DNA of 64,000 nucleotides from Scyliorhinus canicula (GCF_902713615.1 NC_052148.1:202565294-202629293), one strand, 5' to 3'; positions 1 through 13,370 are shown, counted from the stretch's first letter. Program-made: numbers and translations. The notes: generated by a model from the sequence alone, not told the origin.

Positions 1-29
1 CATTTAATCAAGTCCAAGTCCATGCTCCT

Positions 30-260
30 TGACAAAAACTCTCACCTCCTCCAACGTATTTCTCCGATTATGCCCTCTTGTTTTAAATTCCACGTCAAAC
101 CAATTGAATTGTCTTTTCAGTTTAAGTACCTCAGGTAGATCACCCTTCAACTTTCAAGGTAAAACAAACCAGGTATATGCAACCCGTTCACATAACATTT
201 TAAGCCCAGGTATATGTTGTTAATCACTGCTTACCTCTTCCATGCCAATATAGGTTGCTA
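30..260 (-). mobile_element. Highly decayed CR1 LINE 3' fragment
   Basis: The minus strand reads as broken 'IPGLK...LKGDLPEVLK...TRGH', resembling the CR1 ORF2 C-terminus seen intact elsewhere in the window. Confidence 0.45.
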
Positions 261-1316
261 GCAGTACCAAAATCATGCACCAAATTTTATAATCAGTAAA
301 TGTTATCATCCTTCTGGCATCGTTTTTTCTCTTTCTATAACCCGCTTGATCTACATGGACAACCTGGTAGGAGGGAGGGGAGGAGCGAAGGGAGGGGAGG
401 GGAGGAGTATGGTAGTGGAGGAGGAGAGGAGGGAAGGGCTGGGAGGAGCTTGAGGGCTGGAGGGGTGTTGTGAAAGGCAATTTCAATTTCTAACGGCAAT
501 TCAAGAATTTTGACAAGAATCGCTCAATAAATGTTGAGGAGAATTGGGGTGCTATGGAATAAATAATCTCTCATTTTCTTTTAAGCCCAGCGATTTCTTG
601 GTTTACTGTTAACTTTTAAATTTAAATGCCTCACTTATGAGCCAAAGTAATGCCAGGGGCAAAAGATAAGCCAGGATCTTTAGGATGATGAGGTTTCCCT
701 TCCCACCATCCAAAGAATCAACATGGAACACATCCCACCCACGCTGCCTGCCTCGCAGTGATTTTAGGCCGAAGTTGGGCCCCTCACTCAGAAAGAATTC
801 CTACCTGAGAGAGCAGCTGGTCAATCTGATTGGCCAGCAGCTCTCACTCAAATCTGCAGTGGCCTTCAGGACTGGCCATCTGTGATGGGAGGGCACCCCG
901 AGTCTAAATGGCCATTCCAATGGAAGCACCCCCCCCCCCCCCCCGCCCCACAACGCCCTGTTTCCATCTGAGAACGAGAGTGAGAATTCCTTCCGTTTCC
1001 CACTGTTATGGGCCAGGGTTTAGAGAACACCAAAGTATATCATGGAGTTCACCTGACCCACAACTTTGAATAGATTTTGGTTATGGGGAGCACAATGGCC
1101 CACTTTACAGATGTGATGCATCAGAGATCTAAAGTATCTTTAAAACAAAACAATGTTTACTCTGTGAATCCAGTTACCATTTTATAAACCCACAGTAAAC
1201 ATCTTATCAACTACCAACACTGATAACCCCACAAAAATATACAGTACTCTATAGGTAACCCTTAATACCTTTCCTAACAACATCCAGAAGCCAAAACACT
1301 TTTTAACAAAGACAGT

Positions 1317-2034
1317 GGACGGGATTCTCTGACCCCCTCGCTGGGTCGGAGAATTGCCGGGGGTCAGCGTGAATCCTGCCCTCACCGTCCTCCAAATTCT
1401 CCCGCCCCCCAAAAGTCTGCCCGGTGTGAGTCGCGCCGCCCACCTCGGAGAATGGCGGGGACCGGCGCGACTCAATGGGCCCCGGGGTCCCCGAATTCTC
1501 AGACCCACAATGGACCAAAGTCCTGCCCGTTCTTTGCCAGTCCCGCCGGCATAAATTGGAGTAGGTCCCTTACCGGCGGGACCTGGCAGCGCGGGCGGCC
1601 TCTGGGGTTCTTGGGGGGCCGCGGGTGATCTGGCCCTGGGAGGTGCCCCCACGGTGGCCTGGCCCGCGATCGGGGCCCACTGATCCGTGGGCGGGCCTGT
1701 GCCGTGGGGGACCTCTATCCTTCCGCACCAGATGCTGTATCGGTCCGCCATTCCCGGTGTGGAAGTGAATCCCTCTGCGCGAGGATGACACCAGCACATG
1801 CTGGTGCTCGCGCATGTGCCAATTCGCGCCGGCCAGCGGAGGCCTTTCAGCGCTGGTTGGCGTGGCGCCAAGCCCCTTTCCCGCCGGCCGGCAGGATGCA
1901 AACAGTCCAGGGTGGACCTAGCCCCTGAAGGTGCGGAAGATTCCGCACCTTTGGGGTGGCCCGACGCCGGAGTGGTTCACGCCACTCTGTCCTGCCGGAC
2001 CCCCCGCCCCGCCGGGTAGGGGAGAATCCAGCCC
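1317..2034. mobile_element. Non-autonomous PIF/Harbinger-type MITE
   Basis: TIRs ggacgggattctc / ggagaatccagccc, 3-bp flanks agt/agc, CpG-rich interior. Confidence 0.8.
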
Positions 2035-2258
2035 AGCATGTTTGAATTCTCTGCAGAGAACAGTTATCACTTTTAAATTATCAAGTGATCTAAACACTTT
2101 GTTTAACATACAGAGAGAGACCAGTACACATCTGCTTGGTTTGAATGCAGCTCTCCAACTGAAAGCAAAACTAAAACAGAGCCAAAAAGAGCTTGCAGCT
2201 CAAAACAAAAGTAAAAAGCAGAATCACATTCCAGCTCCACCCACACAATTCCAGCTAC

Positions 2259-2606
2259 GGGGCAGCGCGGTAGCATGGTGGTTAGCATAAATGCTTCACA
2301 GCTCCAGGGTCCCAGGTTCGATTCCCGGCTGGGTCACTGTCTGTGCGGAGTCTGCATGTCCTCCCCGTGTGTGCGTGGGTTTCCTCCGGGTGCTCCGGTT
2401 CCTCCCACAGTCCAAAGATGTGCGGGTTAGGTGGATTGGCCATGCTAAATTGCCCGTAGTGTCCTAAAAGTAAGGTTAAGGGGGGGTTGTTGGGTTACGG
2501 GTATAGCGTGGGTTTGAGTAGGGTGATCATGGCTCGCCACAACATCGAGGGCCGGAGGGCCTGTTCTGTGCTGTACTGTTCTATGTTCTATGTTCTATGT
2601 TCTATG
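2259..2606 (+). mobile_element. HE1-type tRNA-derived V-SINE with CR1-like tail
   Basis: tRNA-like head with B box ggttcgattccc, central domain gggtttcctccgggtgctccgg, and a tail ending (gttctat)n that matches the CR1 tails at 19900 and 43040. Confidence 0.9.
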
Positions 2607-3199
2607 ACATCACTGCAGCCATTTGATAAAACACACTTTTCTTAAAGGGACTCTCACATGACAGTACCCTCAGTCATCAGGCGCCTGTCAGTCTATAAAT
2701 TGAGGCTGGGCAGGAAAACGCCATTAAGTGGCCACTTAAGGGCCTTAGTTGGGCAAGGGCAGGTTTCTCAACCAAAGCCCTCTCCACCCAACCGTAAAAT
2801 CATGTCCGGATCAGGGCAGGTGGCACCTTGGCGGGAATGCAGTTCATGCTATTTTACACTCCCCCACCACTCCAGAACTTACCAGGTTCTGAGGGAAGGG
2901 GCTTAAAATTCTTGCTCTGGGATTCCAGGAACAGGCAAGGTTCTGGGGTCTCAAGTCAGGGAGGGTAAGGGCGGCCTGGAGTGTGAGCTGAGAGGGATTT
3001 GGGTGTTAGTGCAGAGGCTGGGGTGGGAGGGGGGGTAGGCAAGTCCTACAGTTACCTGACCTTAAATGGTGGGCTACCAATGTTAAAAAGGAGCTGATGA
3101 TGATCCCCCCCCTTTTACCATCTGAGGCTTGAATCTGATTTACATGGCGGGGGGGGGGGGGGGGGGGATCGGTGAATCCCACCATGGCAGATAGTGAAG

Positions 3200-4060
3200 T
3201 TGGACTGGAATTAAAAGTCTAATAACGACCAAGAAGCCATTGCCAATTGTTATAAATACCCATTTGGTTTACTACCCTTTAAGGAAGGAAATCTGCCGTC
3301 CTTACCTGGCCTGGCCTATATGTGATTCTAGACCCACAGCAATGTGGTTGGTTCTTGAATGCCGTCTGAGATAGGTAGCACAGTGGGTAGCACTGTTGCT
3401 TCACAGCGCCAGGGTCCCAGGTTCGATTCCCGGCTTGGGTCACTGTCTGTGTGGAATCTGCTTGGGTCACTGTCTGTGAGCAATCTGCATGTTCTTCCTG
3501 TATCTGTGTGGGTTTCCGCCGGGTGCTCCGGTTTCCTCCCACAAGTCCCGAAAGACGTGCTGTTGGGTGAATTGGACATTCTGAATTCTCCCTCTGTGTA
3601 CCCAAACAGGTGCCGGAATTTGACGACTAGGGACTTTTCACAGTAACGTCATTGCAGTGTTAATGTAAGCCTACTTGTGACAATAAAGATTATTCATTTT
3701 AAAAAATGGCCCAGCAAGCCACTCAGTTATCATAATCACTGGAAAGTCGGTAAAGAATGAAATTGGACAGAGCCAGGTACTGGAAACAACAACGGCAAAC
3801 TCAGCCCTGTTGACCCTGCAAAGTACCCCTTACTAACATCTGGGAGCTTATAACAAAATTGGGAGAACTGTCTCATAGACTAGTCAAGTAACAGCCTAAT
3901 ATAGCCATAAGCACAGAATCATACATTACAGACAATCTCAGACACCAGCATCACTATCCATGGATGTCCTGTCCCACCGGCAGGACAAACACAGCAGAGG
4001 TGGAGGCACAGTGGTATACAGTCAGAAGGAGTTGCCCTGAGAATGCTCAACATCAATTCC
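3200..4060 (+). mobile_element. CR1-group LINE remnants (3' part and endonuclease fragment) split by a SINE
   Basis: About 3978-4025 reads RQDKHSRGGGTVVYS, an APE endonuclease motif. The segment is interrupted at 3374-3695. Confidence 0.55.
3374..3695 (+). mobile_element. V-SINE with 'gtgacaataaagattatt' tail (type 2)
   Basis: Same head and V-domain as HE1 but a different tail. Other copies lie at 29762, 43815 and 48560. Confidence 0.85.
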
Positions 4061-4574
4061 AAACTCTCATGATTGGGAGAATGAGAACGACCACGCAGAG
4101 CAGGACAAGCTTGTCGAAGAAGGAAGAGAGGGAAGGAGAAGGGCACTCAGCTGGAGGCCATGTGCATTGAGGGTCTTTAGGAAGCAATGCTCTCACTACA
4201 ATGAGGCCAACACATAAGATGATTTTGCTACACAAGAGGTTGTGACTGTAATTTGCTAACTGCTGTAGCCACATCCTCAATCTGAAAGTAGAGTAAGTAC
4301 CAGGTTTCCCCTGGTCTTTTAGTTTTTATATATCTGAATCAATCCAGGGTGCTACTGGAGATATAAGTACACTGTATGGTGGGTGGGAAGTAGAGGAGGG
4401 GGCTTGGAGGGAAAATTGACTTCTTACACTGGGATTAGAGGAAAGTAAATTTACCGACAATGGGGGTAGGGTGGGGTGGGAGAAATTAGTGGGGAGGATG
4501 ACTCTCCACACAGAGGATGTGGAAGTTTGTGGAAAAAGGTTCTCCTTACACCGAGGAAGTGGAATGATTAGAGG

Positions 4575-4932
4575 GGAGAACACCTCCTCATATTGGAGTG
4601 GTGTCTCCTCATATTGGAGTGGTGGAGTTGGAGGGAGTGTTGCTTACTGGGCTGGTGGAGTTGGGGTTGGGGGGTGAGTGTATCCTCACACTGGGGTGGG
4701 GATGTGGGGCGAGGGGATTTGAGTGTCTCCCCACACTGGGTGGGGGATTTAGGGTTGGGGGGACGATTGTCTCCTCACACGGAGGTGGGAGATTCAGGGT
4801 TGGGGGGGGGGCAATTGTCTCCTCACACTGGGGTGGGGGATTTAGGGTTGGGAAGGCAATTGTCTCCTCACACTGGGGTGGGGGATTTAGGGTTGGGGGG
4901 CAATTGTCTCCTCACACTGGGGTGGGGAAATT
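4575..4932 (+). repeat. G-rich minisatellite, unit about 45 bp
   Basis: Repeated unit gtctcctcacactggggtgggggatttagggttgggggg(gc)aatt, with degenerate copies upstream. Confidence 0.85.
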
Positions 4933-5066
4933 TAGGGGCGGGAGCAAGGGTGAGAGGTTTGCTTGATCAATGTTTGTATTATTTGGTTCACTGTTGTAAT
5001 TTGTGTACTTTTTGTATTTATTGGGTATAAAATGATCAGAGTTAATAAATATATTTTCAAAACAAA
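4933..5066 (+). mobile_element. Short L1/Tx1-like 3' tail
   Basis: GT/T-rich segment, then AATAAA and an A-rich end. Flanked by ggaaatt at 4926-4932 and 5067-5073. Confidence 0.55.
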
Positions 5067-6264
5067 GGAAATTGTCTCCTTACACAGGATGTTAGTGGGG
5101 AGAGTGTACCTGTGAACTGGAGGACAAACTAGAGGTGAATTATGCCCTCTGAGAAGGAATGGACCCTCTGGGATGGAAGGAGACTTTTGGGAGCTTTTAA
5201 GGGAGTGATAGTTTGCTCTCTATGGTACTCATTGATGCACTCAAATTTCACTAATCTTTCCTGTTTTGAAGGATTATCAATTGGGAAATGAAAGCAGTGT
5301 TTGTACTGATCCTGAATGCACCATTTCTAGTGTACAACATTTACCTGGGTAACATATTTCCAAATCCTCCCCGAAACGGTGCCTGGCAGTGGAGAAGGAG
5401 GTTGCCCGTGCCATTGATTTGCATTTTTAAAAAGTAACTATTCTGCAAGTGAAAAAAAACTATATTAAAAAATAAAATATTTCACAAAATGCATCTCTCC
5501 CAATCAAACAGACTGCATGCAAACAAATCTTTCAATTGCCAATGGACTTACTTGATTTCCAGGTAATTGCTGCTCAGCACCATTGCTAATGCAGTTTTTG
5601 CCTCTCAAAAATATCTGATTTCAGTCATCATAACACGGCTGGGGCATTTTATAATGATGAAGAAATTAGCATAAATTATGAAAGAATATGAAGAGTAGAT
5701 TCTCCTCATTGTGGGTTCGGCACTCACTCACTTCACTTGTTACAATGTCCCTCAGTGTATTGACATATATTCATGGCGAGCTGCAGGCATTGTTAGCACC
5801 CTCTATAGGACGTCTGCCTCAGAGAGAAAAACCCCAGTGCTGCTGCAGCAAGTGAAACACACAAGGCAGCCATTTTGTCTCTGTAACACTGTGGTTCAAT
5901 GTAATGCTTGAGACCACAGCTTCTTCCAGGCACTGCACTCACAAATTTAAAGGCTTGTTAGTTGAGGATTTATTACTGCCTGTAATCTGGCAAACTGCAA
6001 TCTAATTTTGTGGGCCTGAGTAAAGGGAGCCCACAAGGTATGATCCACAAATCCATGTGGAGAGGGTCTTATTGAGTGACACCTCACCCTCTATCCCCAG
6101 CCCTGCTGATCAAAGGATGTCTTCAGCAATCTGGCATATATTCTATTTGAAGATGTGTGGGCTGATCCACATTCTCTACTTCCTTCTTAAAGAGGAAACA
6201 ATAGCCAAAGGCAACGATGCCTCAACTCAATCCCTCGGAGTACCTGCTGAAAATCATTAGCCTG

Positions 6265-6545
6265 TGATGTGACCATCAATTCACTAGAGACACGATTGGA
6301 AGTAAACTGTGGTTTTAATATTCTTACAACTGAGTCTGCCTGCGACCAGAGGAACTGAGAGCAGGCTCACGGCTGCAGCACTTTATACTTCTGGTAGTGG
6401 GAGGGGCCATGGGTGGAGCCCTGTACAAGCTCCTCATCTCCCCCTATGGGCAGAGCCGCGCAAAGGCTCACATACAGAGCCCACAAGGACATAATATAAT
6501 GCAATGCAATACAGTGTGAATTACAATACAGTATAATTCACCACA
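6265..6545 (-). mobile_element. Solo LTR related to the Gypsy A/B group
   Basis: TGATG...CCACA termini as in Gypsy A, with a perfect 5-bp TSD GCCTG (6260-6264 / 6546-6550). Confidence 0.85.
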
Positions 6546-8078
6546 GCCTGGCACCTCAAAAACACTGTCATTGTAGGGCAGGTATTAAGCTGTCGGTGGA
6601 AGGGCATAAGTGTCAGTCTTACATGGTCAGAAGGTTGCCTAATTTCTTGTCAGTGAGAGGTGTTTTTATCACTGATAGGATGTTTGCAGAATAATGTGGA
6701 GCAAGTTGGAGGAATGCCTGCGAAGGATTAACATACTTATCTTTAAATGGCATCCCTGAATGTTGCCGAGGAGAAGTCTCAACAGGAGACTGAGATAAAT
6801 TTGTTGCCAATAGGGGATGCAATGGCAGGATTCATGCAATAACCTCATATTTGAGGTTTCTCTTTTGAAGTGACTGTGGTTGTTCTACAGATCAGTTCAA
6901 ACACTGCTTAAAGCAATCAAGTAGGTCCAGAAGGAAGATTGAGTGCCAGTGTGTAGGGTTGCAAGCCATTTAGTATCCCTGTGGTAAACCTTTTCACAAT
7001 AACTTCATTGCAATGTTAATGTAAGCCTACTTGTGACAATAAAGATTATATTACATTACAGGGATAGGTTGGAGGTATGGGCTTAAATAGGGTGCGCTTT
7101 CCAAGGGCCGGTGCAGACTCGATGGGCCGAATGGCCTCCTTCTGCACTGTAAATTCTATGAAATAAAACCCCATTGGTTCCTCTCGCCCGACCAGAGCCA
7201 ACAATTAAAATAATATCTGGTAAAAAAATAACACTTCAAAGCAATTTAAAGTTCTTACAGGTTCTTTAAAATACTTTGAGAAATTTTAAAGCAACTTTAA
7301 AAGGTTTTCTGGGTATTTTACACAAAATTGCAAAAAAAAATAAGAATAATTAAAGACAGGTTTATATAATAAATATCAAAAAACATAATTAATGGGTCCT
7401 GTGACCTTCAAGTATGTCTGACCGCAGACAGTTTCTGATGTATAATTTTCTGTGATTTTCTCTGCTGTTGGCAATGGCTCGGTGGTGCCTGAAAGACATG
7501 TGGTCCCATATCAAACCCCATCCACCTGTTGTTATTGAGGTCCTCCAGTGCAAGGATACAGCAACCAAGATGGCCACTCCTAACAGGGCCGGAAGAAAAG
7601 CATCTGGAGAGTTGTTGTGGCGGAGACCCGATTCCATCTGATTTTCTCCTTTTTTGGTCAAAAATGAAAAGCCAAATAGATAAAAATCCAAACTTATATA
7701 GTCCTCATGTGTAATCAGCTAATGGGTTGGATTGGCCAAAGTATTAGTGACCTGAGGGCATTTAAAAAAGATAAACACTTTTTTGTAAGATTGAGGCAGG
7801 AGACAAGGAGAGGATATGCAGACATATTCAACTAAAGAAGAGTCAGAATTGAGCGTGGTTTATAATCATCTGGATTCTGAGACTGGATTAAAATGTTGAC
7901 AACACAAGAGTATTTATTATTTCCATAATAATTACATCCCATGAAGTTCTGAGAATACTTTATTATTTAGCTGCGGATTTTAGCTTTTTGGTACCAGTGA
8001 CTGTTTTCGTGAATATTGATCTGTAATAATATTCACACTGAGATTAATGACTGTAAAAATGCAGCAATTGTCAATCGA

Positions 8079-8119
8079 TGATTGATTTGATTTGACAATA
8101 AATCAAATCAAATCAATCA
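8079..8119. repeat. Perfect 17-bp inverted repeat with 7-nt loop
   Basis: tgattgatttgatttga-caataaa-tcaaatcaaatcaatca. Confidence 0.9.
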
Positions 8120-9685
8120 ATGGTTTCTGGTAGATGCTGCAGTTAGTATATGCTGTGTTTCTCTTTTGTTGCATGGATGATAATATTATTGATTATTGGC
8201 TACCATAGTGGCTCAGTTGGTATATGCATTAAATAGTATAGAACAGCATCATGTAGGTGAGGCTGGTCCATGTTTCCTTGAGCTAAGGAGCGGACAGTCA
8301 GCCAGGACTCATGGTCCTCCCCACAGCCAAATAACTGACTGTATGCTTGGCTGAGAGTCCAGGCAACCATTACACTTATTGAAAAATCTGCGCCCCAGGG
8401 AAAACATTGCTTGATTGACAGCTCTGACTCTATGATCTCTGCTGTCAATTTCACAATGTTTGTTTACACATTAAGTGGTTTCAAGGCTGTATGTTTTTGT
8501 AATTGGTAAGGTCTGAATGATTGACAATTTTATTAGATACAACTAGTGGAAAATTATGAGTACATTACATTTTTAAAGCTTTCTTTACACATTTTACTGT
8601 CGCTATAGGATTCATTGGTTCCATACAGTGTATAACAGATCAATGGAGACGAAAGTGCCATAGCTTGGCGTTGGAGGTGGGAGGAGTGGGGGGGGATGGT
8701 ATGAGCTGTCATGCGGGTTGGGTGAGTGGAAGGGCATGAGGTGGCATGGATGGGGAGCATTTGGAAGGTGAGGGGGTGTGAGGACTAAAGGCTGGACAGC
8801 CTTTGTCTTTTATTTTAATTTGGACAAAGTTCCCGCAGCACTGAGGTGGTCCTTTTAAGTAGCCCACCTTTGCAACACTTTCTGCAGAGCCGGACAGGCT
8901 GAATTTGCCTGATCCCCCTTGCTACCCGATTCAAAGATGAAAACCCAGGCCATAGTAACCATTTCACAAAAGAAGGGCTCTGACGTTGCTGTAGCTTCAG
9001 TTAAAATATTTTAATAAGCTGTTCAGAATCAGGTTTTGCTGTGTGCTGAACAGCAGAAAGCTTGACAATCACAAAACAAGTTAGAGTAGCGAGAACTCTG
9101 GCTTTGCTTATGGTTCCCGTGCACATATCCCGGTATCTCAGAGATCACGTAAGTGATCCTACTAATTCAGGAAGCACACAATTCATCTTAGATGCCTTGA
9201 CCTAAAGGGCAGGAACAATCAAATTTGCCTCCTCTGAGATCAGCAATGGTATTTGCAAACACGTAGTCCGAATCCATTCTCAAATTGCAAATATTGGACA
9301 TGGAAATGGAGTAGGAGTAGACCCATTTAACTCCCTGAGCCTGTTTTACCATTCCATTACAGTTGTATGTAACTGAACCCATTTACACACCTTTGGGCCA
9401 TACCTCTTCATACTGTTGCCTCATTTAAAAAAAAATATGTGTGCCAGTCTTGAAAATTTCAATTAACCCAGCATCCACAATCTTTTTGGGTGCAACTTCC
9501 AGATTTTCACCTTTTGAGTCAGAAAGTGCTTTCTGATTTCACTAAATGTTTTATTTTTAAGATAACAAAGCCTCATTGAGATAAAACACGTAAAGCTCTA
9601 CAAGCTACATTACTGGGGATGGGTGCAGGGGATTCAGATCCTTCCTATGAAGTAATAATGACTCTCTTTAATTTACTAATTTTCA

Positions 9686-9910
9686 GGGCGGTCCAGTGGT
9701 GCAGTGGTTCGCACTGCTGCCTCACGGCGTCGAGGACCCTGGTTTAATCCCGGCCCTGGGTCACTATCCGTGTACAGTTTGCACATTCTCCCTGTATCTG
9801 CATGAGTCTCACACCCACAAACCCAAAGATGTGCAAGATAGTTGGATTGACCACACAGAACTGTCCCTTAATTGGAAAAAAAAGACTTGGGTACTTTAAC
9901 TTTAGAAAAA
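9686..9910 (+). mobile_element. Short A-tailed V-SINE (type 3)
   Basis: tRNA head, then cacaaacccaaagatgtgc, ending ttaattggaaaaa...gggtact plus an A-rich end. Confidence 0.85.
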
Positions 9911-9942
9911 TAACATTTATAAGCAAAATCTTGAAATCCATG

Positions 9943-10172
9943 TTTTTTTAAATATAAATTTAGAGTACTCAATTCATTTTTTCCAATTAAGGGGCAATTT
10001 AGCATGACCAATCCACCTACCTTGCACACCTTTGGGTTGTGGGGGCGAAACCCACGCAAACACGGGGTGAATGTGCAAACTCCACACAGACAGTGACCTA
10101 GAGCCGGAATTGAACCTGGGACCTCGGCACCGTGAGGCAGCAGGGCTAACCCACTGCGCCACTGTGCTGCCC
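9943..10172 (-). mobile_element. Short A-tailed V-SINE (type 3)
   Basis: Reverse copy of the same family, arranged tail-to-tail with 9686-9910. Confidence 0.9.
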
Positions 10173-10244
10173 TTTGGTGGAGCCTTATCAACAAAGTTCA
10201 CATACCACAAAACAATAAATAGAAGCATTAAGCCATGCATAGTT

Positions 10245-11330
10245 TAAATACTAATGACCAACATGGAATTGTTAAAGGCAGGTTTTAATAAGGGCAGAGG
10301 GAGTAGGCCCGAGTAGGAATAAAGAATAAAGAACTTTGGTTGATTTACTTACAGTTACATACAACTCCTAATAGATCCCTACCGGGTCTCTCCATGGTCT
10401 GTGCCGTGCTGGCCAACCTTTTATGCACAGCTGAATAGAGTTCCCCGCCCCTCAGCAGGGGGAGTTCGTACTCCGCGAGAACCACGGGGAAGATAATCAT
10501 TCCCATCCCATATGTCCCATGCAGGCTATGACGCAGGTCATATCTGACAAATTTAACTGAGTTTTTAAAATAAGGAATGGCTGGACAGATAACTGCAAAA
10601 TGCAGTAGCTCCAGTTTATATGGATTTTCTGAGAACGTTTGTAAAACATTTCACAAGAGGTTTGCAAGAAAACAGGTGATGGCATAAGAGGAAATGTAGC
10701 AGCATAGATAGAAAATTGATTGATGGACAGAAAATAAAGTATTTTTTTCATAAATTTAGAGTACCTAATTCTCTTTTTTTTCCAATTAAGGGGCAATTTA
10801 GCGTGGCTCCTAAGTCGTGCGTGACGCGGCCGTTAAATCGTGACCACGATCTTGAAATTTCTGGCAAAACAAAGTAGTAGTTTGGTTACAATAATTTACG
10901 ACAAATCTGCAGAATGGACAGACTTATGCAATTTAATACAAATAAATGTGGAGGAATACATTTTGGGGAGGAAAATCATGGAATGGGAACATGCACATAA
11001 TGTAAAAATGCTGTAGTGTGCGAATAAGAAGAGAAAGCTGGGAAATTGAATCTATAATTTCCCGAAAGTGGAAGACTATTTCCTATGGCTGGAAACGAAG
11101 TGATTACGAGATATCAATTCAAATTGATGGCTATGACTGTGAGCAAAGAGATGAGGAGAAATTTCTTACATAGTGTTTTGCCAGCATGGATGCTTTGCCA
11201 TGGGAAACAGTTAAGGCAGCGAGCATTGCATGTTGCCTCCTACAAAGAGAAATTGGGTAAATATTTGAAGACGAGGGAGATGCCAGGTTAGGGGAGAGCA
11301 TGAGGCAATGGCATTAGTTTTGGATTGCTT
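10245..11330 (+). mobile_element. Old, internally deleted CR1 ORF2 remnant
   Basis: A QHG.VKGRSYLTNL.EF motif is split by the solo LTR. MRRNF-like text lies near 11150. Confidence 0.6.
10284..10533. mobile_element. Solo LTR (250 bp) inserted in CR1
   Basis: 5-bp TSD CAGGT (10279-10283 / 10534-10538). Removing the element restores the CR1 'KGRS' motif. The termini tttaata...tatgacg look like a decayed TG...CA. Confidence 0.75.
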
Positions 11331-13370
11331 GAGGAAAAAGCAGCACAGACACAACGGCCCAAATTGTCTCCTTCTGAGGTGCAAGCTTTTATTGTTGCAA
11401 AATGGGGTGCACGGGCCCTTGGTTTTACTCGTTTGAAGTATTTTTCTGGGCAGTGAGAACTGCCATTGAATTCACTGGCTCTGTTTCTGGCTGCTGTACG
11501 GCAGCTGCCGAGAATGTAAATGAGAGAGAGGGTTCGCCGAGGCCAGGAGCGCCCCAATACCAGCCTTTTCCCATAAACCTGCTTTGAATTCTCCTGGCTG
11601 CAAATGCTAAGATAAACCAGTATGAACAATCACTTATAAATGACCATCAAGAGAGCTGTATCAAGCTGTGCCTTGGTGTATAAATCCCAGGATCTGTAAG
11701 GGTGAAATATAATGCCTTTAATATGCTATGCGAAAGAGCATAGATGCTGAGGAAGGGCTTTTTGTCAGTTCCCTCAGGACTGCCAGTGTCTCACAAATCC
11801 ATTTCTTTAAAATTTGATCAGGAGACCAAGGCAGAATAAATATCGAATGAGTAAATCTTCACAGTCCTGTAATTCCCAAGGCATCTATAATTGAAGTGGT
11901 TGTACAGGTGCAGCCGGCCTTTCTTGGGTTTGCAGACTGCGTGCTAATTTAGTTGAAGTAGAATGTGGAAAAATCAATTTGTCATTCCTGATGCTAGGTT
12001 CACACAGGAGATACACCCACACTTTATTGCAAGCCCTCTTCCTGTTATTTGTGAAAATCGGTGAAATTCTCCACCCCGTGAGGCCACAAAAGCGAACGGC
12101 GATTGGGCTGAGAACTGGGCACCTGGCTAAAATCAAGTTCTCTTCCGGTGCCAAATTGGGTGCAATGCTCCGGTCCCTCACCGGTGGCAGTAATGAGCTG
12201 ATGCTCTGCACTGGTTGTGGTATTTGCATTCAGTTGAATGCGATTAGTGGGTTTGACCCACTCAGACGGCCATTGCTGCAGTATTTGTTTTAAATGCACC
12301 CATTTAGTACAAGTTACAAGCTCCTGACTGCTCACTGTGTCCTGTAGATATTTACAGAGACTCTGGTCATTTGGGAATCCACCCAGGCCACCCCTCTGGA
12401 AACCCTCATACCCCAGTTAACACATTAACGGGATGGGCGCATCCAAGCTCAATCAGTGGCACATGAGTTGCTGTCACTCCTCAGTGCACTCATCAGTACA
12501 GCCCCACTGCAGGGGAAGCCGGGGAATAACAGAGCTCACCCCAAACAAAGGACACATGCACCATGGTGTTTGACACCCTACCTGGCACACTATCCTCTCA
12601 GGACATAGGCCTCACCAGTTACACTATCAACTAGCCCACTCCACATTACCATCAGCTATCTCCAAGCCTTGCCTGTCCACTGTATTTCTGTTCCCATCCA
12701 CCCTATGGATCCAATTATGGCTTTGTAACTTTTTTAATGTTTTGTGGTTTATAAACTGTAAGGGCTATAATTGGTAGTAACAAGGACAAGGAAAGAAGGG
12801 CCATAGGGAATTGGATTTAATCTAATATCAAGCATCTTCCAAAGGTTTAATTTAAAGGGGTAAGTCATGGCAGGAGAGATCAAAGCCTTGGTTTGCTGCT
12901 CTTGATCCATGTGGGAAGCCGGGAACATTTCCAGTGCCTGGGACCAGCATGTGTGTAGGAAGTATCTCCAGTTCCATCTCCTGGAAGCTCGAGTTTCAGA
13001 CTTCGACCGGCAGCGGGAGGCACAGTGGAACATCTGCAAGGCGGAGAGTGTTGTGGATAGCACATACACCGCAGGTTCAAACTCCACAGGCAGGAAAGGA
13101 AGAGCTAGGCAAGCAATGCAGGAATCTCCTGTGACCATTCCCCTGCAAAACAAAAATATCGCTTTGGATACTGTTGAGGGGAATAACTTCTCAGGGAAAG
13201 CAGCAATAGCCAAATTTGCTGCAGAGGGGAGGAGTAAAGAGTGTGGCAATAGTTATAGGGGATTAATAATAATAATCTTTATTGCCACATATAGGTTTAC
13301 ATTAACACTGCAATGAAGTTACTGTGAAAAACCCCTAGTCACCATATTCTGGCACCTGTTCAGGTACACC

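Larger units (their letters stand above)
1004..2663. mobile_element. Probable solo LTR carrying a MITE and a SINE insertion
   Basis: It begins TGTTATG and ends CATGACA (TG...CA with a short terminal inverted repeat). The flanks ccac/gtac are not a clean TSD. Confidence 0.55.

Noticed and set aside
1182-1901. 239-aa ORF, and similar GC-rich ORFs at 13335-14102, 28595-29380 and 62727-63343
   Set aside because: They lie inside CpG-rich MITEs, are open in several frames, are low-complexity Pro/Gly/Arg and show no domain motifs.
2259-2335. tRNA-like sequences with A and B boxes (many copies)
   Set aside because: They are SINE heads that continue into SINE bodies, with no complete cloverleaf.
4575-4932. 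Regularly spaced repeats as a possible CRISPR array; also 57500-57750
   Set aside because: These are tandem units without unique spacers, no cas genes are present, and the context is vertebrate.
7389-7691. 100-aa minus-strand ORF with a hydrophobic stretch
   Set aside because: It has a non-ATG start, no recognisable motif and no convincing splice context.
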